54,353 bases of DNA from a virus (taxonomy: Duplodnaviria; Caudoviricetes). The DNA lies in the IMG/VR virus record IMGVR_UViG_3300025617_000030, positions 1 to 54,353 of that record. One strand, written 5' to 3'. Each line of letters begins with the position of its first letter. Within the stretch, counting starts at the first letter, position 1. The notes under the pieces were generated by a model. It saw only the letters and a list, made by a program, of their open reading frames with translations, was not told the DNA's origin and ran no database searches. Shown in pieces: positions 47,008-54,353 of the stretch. The translations under genes were made by a program, and so were the position numbers.

Positions 47008-47793
47008 AGTATTTCTCTTCACCCGCAGCATCTTTTCTTGTATGCCAGCGTTGTATTATCAATCGGCGGGTTAATCTATTACCCATTCGAAAATATTTAT
47101 TTAGCACTGATCGGTGCGTTTGTGTACAGTTGCCTTGGGTTGACAGTGGGGTATCACCGTCTTCTTACACATGATTCGTTCAAGACAAATATCTGGATCG
47201 CTCGATTGCTTTCGTTGTTCGGTGCCGTATCCAATAATGGATCACCATACTCATGGTCAGCATCTCATGTGACACATCATATAACGTCGGATACAGAACA
47301 AGATCCTACATCTCCGAGGCACTATAGTATATATGACCTATACCACCAAGTCACCAGTGCAGAAGACAAGCGAATTAAGTCTACAAGCTTTTCAGTAAAA
47401 AAGGCTTCGCTCAAGATACAAAAACGATTGTTCAAAGATCCATTTCAAAAGTTTCTTACTGAACAATATTACTATGTACTTTTTGGCTTTCCTATGATAC
47501 TATTAGTTTTGTTCGGACTAGAGTTTACTCTGTTCTTTCACGCGATGGGTACATTATTGAGTATAACTATTGTGGTGCTGAGTACGATATACGGTCATAA
47601 AGAATACCGATATACGTACCGGCCGTACGACACACCTGATAAAACAGTGAACAATATACCGTTTGCCTTGATTACATGGGGCGAGACACTACATAATAAC
47701 CATCACCAAAATCAAAAGAACTGGAACTTCAGCCATCGGTGGTATGAGCCAGACATTGGTGCATGGATCGTGAGACTTATTAATGATCGATAG
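46993..47793 (+). CDS. Membrane fatty-acid desaturase (delta-9/acyl-CoA type)
   Basis: Three His boxes (HRLLTH, HVTHH, GETLHNNHH) and TM segments. Confidence 0.88.
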   Translation: MNMKHSISLHPQHLFLYASVVLSIGGLIYYPFENIYLALIGAFVYSCLGLTVGYHRLLTHDSFKTNIWIARLLSLFGAVSNNGSPYSWSASHVTHHITSDTEQDPTSPRHYSIYDLYHQVTSAEDKRIKSTSFSVKKASLKIQKRLFKDPFQKFLTEQYYYVLFGFPMILLVLFGLEFTLFFHAMGTLLSITIVVLSTIYGHKEYRYTYRPYDTPDKTVNNIPFALITWGETLHNNHHQNQKNWNFSHRWYEPDIGAWIVRLINDR

Positions 47794-48916
47794 CCTGATA
47801 CCGTTTTCGTTTCCTGGTAAAATTAAATCAAAGACCATTGAGAGGTTTTTACCCCATGGATACACCGTTGATGGTGTAGATTATTACGATGGGCTATCAA
47901 ACAAATGGGACTTTTCTCTTGGATATAAAAGAGAAGAGATCATTGATTACGTCTCAGAACGTATGAAGTCACACCCGGCTTGTAAGTTTGAGATGATGTC
48001 ACCTGGTGTCGAAGAACTCAATCATGAACTAGATACAATTACAAATGGTGATTTTGCTGCATCGTTTTACACACTCTCAGGATCTGATGCTGTCGAGTCC
48101 GCGATACGAGTTGCATACCATTACCATCGGAATCGTAAGCACGTGATTTGTTATAACGGTAGTTATCACGGAAGTACGCAGTTTACAAGTGAACTGACTT
48201 CTATATCAATAGCAAATAACCGTACGATTGCAAGAACACACATTGTTCATCACATCGATCCCGACGAGCTCGAGGAAAAAATTCTAGAGATAGGGCCTGA
48301 CGATGTTGCTTGTATTTTAAAAGAACCTTTCTCGATTCAGACTTCATCTGTTGTTCTTTCACCTGAGTACTACAAGAGAGTGCGTGAGCTGTGCGACAAA
48401 CATGATATCCTTTTTATTGTCGATGACGTCGCTCTCTGTATGGGTAAGACAGGTGAGTGGTTTGGCTACCAAAGGTTCGAGATGGAACCTGATATCGTTG
48501 CCTTCGGTAAGTCAGTCTCGGCTGGATACTATGCACTCGCCGGAATCCTAGTCAATGACAAAGTACTTCAGAGGCTGAGAGGTAAGTTACTCTCGATGGG
48601 TTACACACAAAGTCCACACATGCCTGGAATATACTCGGCTTTAAAGACTATAGATACCATTAGAAATGAGGATCTATTGAACAATGTAAAGAGCATGGAG
48701 GATCAAACTCCTCACGGTAATGCAATTGGATGTTACCTTTCTATTGAGGCTCAGAGCACTGCTGCATCTGAGTTACGTAACCAGGGAATCATTGCGTCTG
48801 GCTCTAAGTTTAACACACCTCATACACTAAGGTTTATGTTCCAGATCGATACTGACCTGAGCCACCACGCTGATGTTCTACATAGGGTATACTCCCTTCC
48901 CTCAGTGGTACTCTAA
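47783..48916 (+). CDS. PLP-dependent class III aminotransferase
   Basis: SGSDAVESA, SYHGST, ILFIVDDV...GKTG, PDIVAFGKSVSAGY. Confidence 0.88.
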   Translation: MIDSLIPFSFPGKIKSKTIERFLPHGYTVDGVDYYDGLSNKWDFSLGYKREEIIDYVSERMKSHPACKFEMMSPGVEELNHELDTITNGDFAASFYTLSGSDAVESAIRVAYHYHRNRKHVICYNGSYHGSTQFTSELTSISIANNRTIARTHIVHHIDPDELEEKILEIGPDDVACILKEPFSIQTSSVVLSPEYYKRVRELCDKHDILFIVDDVALCMGKTGEWFGYQRFEMEPDIVAFGKSVSAGYYALAGILVNDKVLQRLRGKLLSMGYTQSPHMPGIYSALKTIDTIRNEDLLNNVKSMEDQTPHGNAIGCYLSIEAQSTAASELRNQGIIASGSKFNTPHTLRFMFQIDTDLSHHADVLHRVYSLPSVVL

Positions 48917-48917
48917 T

Positions 48918-48946
48918 ATTATATCATGATTTCTTTGTTCTGTACA
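48918..48946 (-). promoter_or_regulatory. Leftward early-type promoter TGTACA-N17-TATAAT
   Basis: Minus strand reads TGTACA GAACAAAGAAATCATGA TATAAT. Confidence 0.65.
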
Positions 48947-48998
48947 TATAAATAATACAAAGGTTTGCCCATATCCAGGGTTTGAAATCTTATAAATA
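48947..48998 (+). promoter_or_regulatory. Two late promoters TATAAATA (48947-48954, 48991-48998) for the tail-fibre operon
   Basis: Two exact motifs in the intergenic region. Confidence 0.75.
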
Positions 48999-49034
48999 AA
49001 TGTAAGTAAAACACTATATGCTGATGGGAAGTAA

Positions 49035-49370
49035 ATGGCTGTAGTAGCTAATATAACAATTGATCAAGGATCTGCTTTCGACTCTACGATTGACGTAGAA
49101 GACGCTGGCGGTAATCCAGCAGATCTAACAGGTTACTCTGCACGAGGTGAGATTCGTAAGACTTATGCCTCATCGACCGCAGTGACTTTTTCTGCAAGTG
49201 TATCAGACCCGTCAAATGGCAAAATAAATATATCGCTAAGTGGTGACCAAACCGGTGCAATGAAAGCCGGCCGATACGTATACGATGTTGAGGTGGTGTC
49301 TTCTGGAGGCGTGATTACTCGAGTAGTTGAGGGTCAGGTCGAAATAACTCCACGAGTTACAAGGGTCTAA
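49035..49370 (+). CDS. Virion structural protein, BppU-N-like
   Basis: ANITIDQGS.F, DLTGYSARGEIRK, GRYVYDVE, RVVEG...TPRVT. Confidence 0.75.
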   Translation: MAVVANITIDQGSAFDSTIDVEDAGGNPADLTGYSARGEIRKTYASSTAVTFSASVSDPSNGKINISLSGDQTGAMKAGRYVYDVEVVSSGGVITRVVEGQVEITPRVTRV

Positions 49371-49371
49371 A

Positions 49372-49584
49372 ATGGCTTTAAAAGGTACACTCAACGTTCA
49401 GCAGGAAATCAAGGCAAAAACAGTTGCTGTAGTTCCTTCTGCCAGTTTATTGGATCTCAATGATGTAGATTCATCCCAACTTGATGATGGTGCAGTGATG
49501 ATTTATGATTTAAGTTCACAAAAATTTGTGTTGACCCAAGAGGTGAAGAACCCAAACACAAAAATCATTGGAGGTAGCTTTTAA
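49372..49584 (+). CDS. Small fibre-associated protein
   Basis: LLDLNDVD..DGAVMIYD, C-terminal GGSF. Confidence 0.65.
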   Translation: MALKGTLNVQQEIKAKTVAVVPSASLLDLNDVDSSQLDDGAVMIYDLSSQKFVLTQEVKNPNTKIIGGSF

Positions 49585-51260
49585 TGTCCACCGTCATTAA
49601 ACTCAAATATTCGAGTACGACCAATCAGCCAGCTGATGATCTACTCCAACTAGCCGAACCGGCGTATTCCTACGCGTCGGACAGGCTGTTTATAGGCGCT
49701 GACAACGCCGGAACAATTATCCCTCATGTCATTGGTGGTAAGTACTTTACCGACATGTTGGATCATACAGCTGGAACTTTGACTGCTTCATCAGCAATCA
49801 TCGTCGACGCCAACTCTAAGATTGATGTACTCAATGTCGATAACTTAACACTCGACGGTAATACATTATCTTCTACAAATACGAATGGTGATATCACACT
49901 GAATCCTAACGGAACAGGTGGTATTAGTCTAAGTGCTAACACAACTGTTACTGGATCTCTTACTGTATCCGGTGCAATGGATTTCAACAACCAGCTTTCT
50001 GTACAGTCACTGAATGTCGAAGATCTTACCTCCGGTCGTGTCGTTCTTGCCGGTACATCTGGTGAACTAGAAGACGCCGCTGGATTTACATATACTGTTA
50101 GTTCAGGTGGAGAAGTAGATCTAGTTGTTGCTGGTTCGCTTTCCGTTGATAATGTCGATATTGACGGTAATGACATTTCAACATCTAATACGAATGGTAA
50201 CCTAACTCTTACACCAAATGGTACTGGTCTTGTTGTTATTAACAAGGATACTGGACTTAAGATTGCATCTGGTACAGAAGCATCTCGCCCAGCTGCTGGA
50301 ACTGTTGGCGATGGTGTTATTCGATTCAACGAAACTTCTAACCGTTTTGAAGGTACTGTCAGTGGTTCTTGGGCAGGTCTCGGCGGTGTTGTTGATATCG
50401 ACCAAGATACTTACATTGATGCAGAAGAAAATGCTGACGAAGATATTCTTCGCTTCTACACTGCTGGAACCCAGCAACTTCAAGTATCGGGTGCTGGTGT
50501 TGTAGTTACCGACGGTGTCGGACTTACTGTTAACGGTGGAATCGATGTCGATAATATTAACATCGATACCGACACAATTAACATTAACGGTTCAACGATT
50601 CAGGGCACTGGTAACTCCTCGGCGGGTACCATTGTACTTGATCCTGCTCCTGCAGCTGGTGACAACGGCGGTGACTTGGTTGTTCGTGGTAACCTACAAG
50701 TTACTGGTACAACTACAACTGTCAACTCAACTGTTGTTGAGATCGCTGATCCAGTTATTGTCCTCGGTGATGATTCAACCACCGATTCACTTGATCGTGG
50801 TGTCTCACTCAAATATAACGATGGTGCTGCAAAAACTGCATTCTTTGGTTGGGATCGTGGTTCTGATAACAACTTCACGTTTGTTGTTGATTCAACTGTT
50901 GCTGATGCTAAGTTCAACAATCTAAAGCTTGCTGGTTCAATTACCGAAGTCGATGGTGCTGCCCCAACCGCTGGTCAATTGTTAATCGGTAACGGTACTA
51001 ACGGTGATTTGCAACTTGGTACTCTGAGCGCTGGCGATTCGGTTACAGTTACGAATACCGACGGTGGTATTGAGATTGATGTCGATGCTTCGACTGCAGT
51101 TGCAACAGCCGACATTACTGACACTGGTGACGGTGTTGTCGATTATGCTCCTGCTTCGGCTAATGCTACTTCACGCGGTGCTTCGACGTTTGCTTCAGAA
51201 CAGTTTAATGTATCATCTGGTCATGTGGTTATTACACAGATCGAAGGCGGTACGTTCTAA
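49584..51260 (+). CDS. Tail fibre protein
   Basis: Repeated LDGNTLSSTNTNGDITLNPNGTG-type units, GNLQVTGTTTTVNST, C-terminal GGTF. Confidence 0.8.
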   Translation: MSTVIKLKYSSTTNQPADDLLQLAEPAYSYASDRLFIGADNAGTIIPHVIGGKYFTDMLDHTAGTLTASSAIIVDANSKIDVLNVDNLTLDGNTLSSTNTNGDITLNPNGTGGISLSANTTVTGSLTVSGAMDFNNQLSVQSLNVEDLTSGRVVLAGTSGELEDAAGFTYTVSSGGEVDLVVAGSLSVDNVDIDGNDISTSNTNGNLTLTPNGTGLVVINKDTGLKIASGTEASRPAAGTVGDGVIRFNETSNRFEGTVSGSWAGLGGVVDIDQDTYIDAEENADEDILRFYTAGTQQLQVSGAGVVVTDGVGLTVNGGIDVDNINIDTDTININGSTIQGTGNSSAGTIVLDPAPAAGDNGGDLVVRGNLQVTGTTTTVNSTVVEIADPVIVLGDDSTTDSLDRGVSLKYNDGAAKTAFFGWDRGSDNNFTFVVDSTVADAKFNNLKLAGSITEVDGAAPTAGQLLIGNGTNGDLQLGTLSAGDSVTVTNTDGGIEIDVDASTAVATADITDTGDGVVDYAPASANATSRGASTFASEQFNVSSGHVVITQIEGGTF

Positions 51261-51270
51261 GAATACAAGC

Positions 51271-51291
51271 GGGGGATCTTTATCCCCCTTT
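51271..51291 (+). terminator. Rho-independent terminator
   Basis: GGGGGAT-CTTT-ATCCCCC followed by TTT, 10 nt after the stop. Confidence 0.7.
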
Positions 51292-51332
51292 GACTTGCCT
51301 CTTTAGGCTTATTATAAAAGGTCTTTACCTGG

Positions 51333-53213
51333 ATGTCGACAAATATTATACACAAGAGAACCGCCGTATCCGGTCGTTCTCCTACTACATCGCAACTACA
51401 GTTTGGTGAGATCGCGGTCAACACAGTTGACGGTGCAATTTACTTTAAGATCAATGATGGTTCAGATAGAATCATTGAGGCGACAAAAGATCGCTTTGTA
51501 TTCGATGTAGTAAATAATGGTTCAGGTGCGTACACCTACTCGGGTGTAGGTCTATCGTCTGCAGATAATCCAACACTTTATCTTACTCGTGGCGCTACAT
51601 ACGAATTTCATGTAGATGCAACAGGTCACCCTTTCTATATCAAAACTGCTGCTAACACTGGTACAAGCGATCAGTATACGAGTGGTGTTTCAGGACAGGG
51701 AACAGAGACTGGTATCGTCACGTTTACGGTACCGATGGATGCGCCTAGTGTACTATATTATATTTGTCAATTCCATGCATCGATGGTTGGTACAATCCAT
51801 GTCATTGATCAGGGCCTAGAATACACAGACTTTACTGTCACGACCGCTACCGCATCTGGTAACGGTGCTCTTACATTTGATTCGGCAACAGGCGAGTTTA
51901 CATTTACTCCAGCTGATGTACCTACGTCTACAACTGAGTTGTCTGAAGGAACAAATCTTTATTATACCGATGCGAGAGCCGATGCCCGTATTGGTCTTGC
52001 CTCAATTGATGATCTCTCTGATGTTGACACAAGCACAACTGCTCCTACAACCGGACAAGTACTCAAGTGGGATGGCGCTAAGTGGGCACCAGGTGATGAT
52101 GCGACAGAGGGTGGCGCAGGTTTAGATGCCGACACTCTTGACGGTCAGGATGGTTCATACTACCTCAACTATAATAACTTTACGAATACACCTACCATTC
52201 CTTCTGTTCTCACGGATCTTAGTATCACGGACGGAACAAACGGTCAGGTACTTACGACTGATGGTGCTGGTAACTTCACATTCACTACCGTTTCAAGTGG
52301 TGGTGGAATTGCACTAACAGATCTCTCTGTAACAACTGCAGCTGCTTCAGGTGGTGGATCACTATCATACGATAATACAACAGGCGTATTTACGTTTGCT
52401 CCTGCAGTTCAAGTTACAAGCATCGATGACTTATCCGATGTTGATACTACAACTGCTGCTCCTACAAATGGTCAAGCTCTTGTTTGGGACGGTACTAACT
52501 TTGTACCTGGTACTGTTGCATCTTCTGTTACATCTATTGATGACCTAGACGACGTCGACATCACGACTACGACTCCTACCACCGGTCAAGTACTAAAGTG
52601 GGATGGATCGAAGTTCATTCCTGGTAATGATATTCAGGGTACTGGTGGCGGTGGTACATCAGGTGGCGGTGGATTTGAGTCACGTGTATATGTGTACTCG
52701 ATTAGTGCAAATACAACATCTGTTACTGGTGCAGATGACAACGGCGATACACTCTCTTTTGATGGTGATAGCGTCGAAGTTTATGTTAATGGTGTTCGTC
52801 TTGTAGGACAAACGGTTGACTATACAGCATCTAGCGGTAACACAATCAACTTTACAGAAACGGTATTTAACGGTTCTATTGTTGAAGTTGTTGTCCTCGA
52901 GAAGATTAACACAGATGAGGTTTCGCTCACAGACCAGCTTCCAGGGACAGTATACTCTTTTGATGCTACTAAGTATCGTTCAGTGAAACTTATTATTCAG
53001 ATGACACATTCTACGAATGGTTATCATGCAACGGAAGTATTGTTGATTCATGACGGAACAACAGCATACATGACCGAGTACGCAACAGTATTTACGTCAG
53101 CGTCACTTGGGGTTGTTGATGCGTCTATCTCTGGTGGACTTGTGAATGTAACAGTCGCGGCAACAACAGCAAATACGGATGTGAAAGCCAAGGTTCTCAC
53201 GATCGAAGTATAA
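51333..53213 (+). CDS. Tail fibre protein with a cupredoxin-like domain and IDDLSDVD repeats
   Basis: HKRT...GEIAVNTVDG N-terminus; GHPFYI...YYICQFHASM; three SIDDLxDVD...GQxLxWDG repeats. Confidence 0.8.
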   Translation: MSTNIIHKRTAVSGRSPTTSQLQFGEIAVNTVDGAIYFKINDGSDRIIEATKDRFVFDVVNNGSGAYTYSGVGLSSADNPTLYLTRGATYEFHVDATGHPFYIKTAANTGTSDQYTSGVSGQGTETGIVTFTVPMDAPSVLYYICQFHASMVGTIHVIDQGLEYTDFTVTTATASGNGALTFDSATGEFTFTPADVPTSTTELSEGTNLYYTDARADARIGLASIDDLSDVDTSTTAPTTGQVLKWDGAKWAPGDDATEGGAGLDADTLDGQDGSYYLNYNNFTNTPTIPSVLTDLSITDGTNGQVLTTDGAGNFTFTTVSSGGGIALTDLSVTTAAASGGGSLSYDNTTGVFTFAPAVQVTSIDDLSDVDTTTAAPTNGQALVWDGTNFVPGTVASSVTSIDDLDDVDITTTTPTTGQVLKWDGSKFIPGNDIQGTGGGGTSGGGGFESRVYVYSISANTTSVTGADDNGDTLSFDGDSVEVYVNGVRLVGQTVDYTASSGNTINFTETVFNGSIVEVVVLEKINTDEVSLTDQLPGTVYSFDATKYRSVKLIIQMTHSTNGYHATEVLLIHDGTTAYMTEYATVFTSASLGVVDASISGGLVNVTVAATTANTDVKAKVLTIEV

Positions 53214-53216
53214 ATA
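53209..53216 (+). promoter_or_regulatory. Late promoter TATAAATA
   Basis: Exact motif overlapping the stop; GAGGA follows. Confidence 0.75.
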
Positions 53217-53230
53217 GGTAAGAGGAATAT

Positions 53231-53539
53231 ATGTCTAAAGCAAACGAACTATCACAACTAGGACAAGGACTTGTAGTCGACGGCAGCGGTAACATTACTG
53301 CGATCGCAATTGACAACTACCTTGACTCTTATGTGACAACAAATTCACTTGCTACAGAATCGTATGTTACTACAGCTGTGTCAAATCTAGTCGACTCAGC
53401 ACCTGGAACATTAGATACTCTTAACGAATTAGCAGCGGCTTTGGGTGATGATCCTAACTTCGCAACAACAGTAACAAACTCACTGGCATCAAAGGCAAGT
53501 GTTGATGACGCAACAGCATTAGCGATTGCACTGGGATAA
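53231..53539 (+). CDS. Short tail-fibre-like protein
   Basis: APGTLDTLNELAAALGDDPNFATT fibre motif; ends ALAIALG. Confidence 0.75.
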   Translation: MSKANELSQLGQGLVVDGSGNITAIAIDNYLDSYVTTNSLATESYVTTAVSNLVDSAPGTLDTLNELAAALGDDPNFATTVTNSLASKASVDDATALAIALG

Positions 53540-53542
53540 GAT

Positions 53543-53878
53543 ATGGCAAATACGTTTAAACTACAAACATTTGACGGGTCAGCAACAAGCGCAGATACAG
53601 AAATGACTGTATATACAGTACCTTCTGCTACGACTGCTGTTGTTCTTGGTTTGACTCTTTCAAATATCTCAGGGACAACTATATACTCAACTGTCTTGAT
53701 CGAGAACGCAGATGGTGATAATGTTAACTTTCTGAAAGACATTCCGATACCAACTGGTTCTGCTGTAGAGGTTATGTCTGGCAACAAGATTGTATTGAAT
53801 ACGACTGATGTGTTGAAGGTAAAGAGTGATGCAGCAAGTTCACTTGACACATCATTGAGTATCATGGAGATCACCTAA
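53543..53878 (+). CDS. Small beta-rich virion-associated protein (MANTFK...)
   Basis: YTVPSATTAVVLGL, KIVL...DVLKV, SIMEIT. Confidence 0.7.
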   Translation: MANTFKLQTFDGSATSADTEMTVYTVPSATTAVVLGLTLSNISGTTIYSTVLIENADGDNVNFLKDIPIPTGSAVEVMSGNKIVLNTTDVLKVKSDAASSLDTSLSIMEIT

Positions 53879-54279
53879 TGGCTAACTATATCGGTAATAG
53901 CCCAGAAACGATTATTCGTTCAAAGCAAGATGCTACTAAGATTGTAGCTACCGGTGGCCAAACAGAATTTACTGCTGGTCTTGATTTTGCACCTACTGAT
54001 TTTGTACAGGTGTTCCTAAACGGTATTCGTTTGATTGAGACAGATGACTATACAGTAGGTAACAATACAATCACTCTGGGATCTGGAGCTGCTCTTAACG
54101 ATGAGTTGATTGTCACTACTACAACACAGACTTTAGATGTCGATACATACTCAAAAGTAGAAACGGATGCACTCCTCGCTACAAAGGCATCATCAGCTGA
54201 TGTTACTGCAGCGATTACATCTGATAATGTCACAGACGATGGCAACGCATTACTTAACGCATTGATCTTTGGTGGATAA
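53878..54279 (+). CDS. Short fibre-associated protein
   Basis: YIGNSP, ATGGQTEF, VFLNGIRL...DY; ends ALIFGG. Confidence 0.7.
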   Translation: MANYIGNSPETIIRSKQDATKIVATGGQTEFTAGLDFAPTDFVQVFLNGIRLIETDDYTVGNNTITLGSGAALNDELIVTTTTQTLDVDTYSKVETDALLATKASSADVTAAITSDNVTDDGNALLNALIFGG

Positions 54280-54281
54280 CA

Positions 54282-54353
54282 ATGGCAAATACACTTAAAA
54301 ATGTGGTAACAAATGGAGTAGGAACAACAGAGGCGACCCTCTATACTGTTCCT
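54282..54353 (+). CDS. 5' part of a paralog of 53543..53878 (MANTLKNVVTNGVGTTEATLYTVP), truncated by the window end
   Basis: Hand-translated; shares MANTxK...YTVP. Confidence 0.7.
   Translation, partial: MANTLKNVVTNGVGTTEATLYTVP

Noticed and set aside
49763-53874. Long minus-strand ORFs (49763..50329, 50600..50920, 53329..53874)
   Set aside because: Antisense to well-supported fibre genes; explained by codon bias.
1-54353. CRISPR array, diversity-generating retroelement, intron/intein, integrase
   Set aside because: No regularly spaced repeat-spacer units, reverse transcriptase, integrase or interrupted core genes were seen by eye; short or degenerate elements could have been missed.
1-54353. 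Alternative genetic code (stop-codon reassignment)
   Set aside because: Core genes are full length under the standard code, and TAA, TAG and TGA all end genes at sensible positions.

Overview
This window is a segment of a T4-like (myovirus) bacteriophage genome, probably from an aquatic environment. It has five zones. (1) 1-4.7 kb: small rightward accessory genes, including a HAD nucleotidase, a lipoprotein and an M15 peptidase (probable endolysin). (2) 4.7-10.5 kb: a leftward operon of secreted/membrane proteins under a late promoter, a glycosyltransferase/methyltransferase trio, and a circularly permuted two-piece tmRNA (tag ANDSTYALAA). (3) 10.6-15.7 kb: early-promoter ORFs, then gp33, gp59 and gp32. 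(4) 15.7-37.7 kb: tail/baseplate module (tape-measure-like protein, gp26, gp54-like, gp2, gp4, gp48, gp53, hub, gp5, gp25, gp6, gp7-like, gp8, a 1768-aa virion protein). (5) 37.7-48.9 kb: a gapless, orientation-switching cassette of 15 genes, mostly tailoring enzymes, followed by tail-fibre genes to the window end. The strongest leads are a probable -1 ribosomal frameshift joining gp26 to a small ORF just upstream of the tape-measure-like gene, a 13-aa peptide (MGDLKFTTAGDYI) encoded twice with only synonymous differences, the permuted tmRNA with an adjacent pseudoknot, and the enzyme cassette. All family calls come from motif recognition and gene order; no database search was run.
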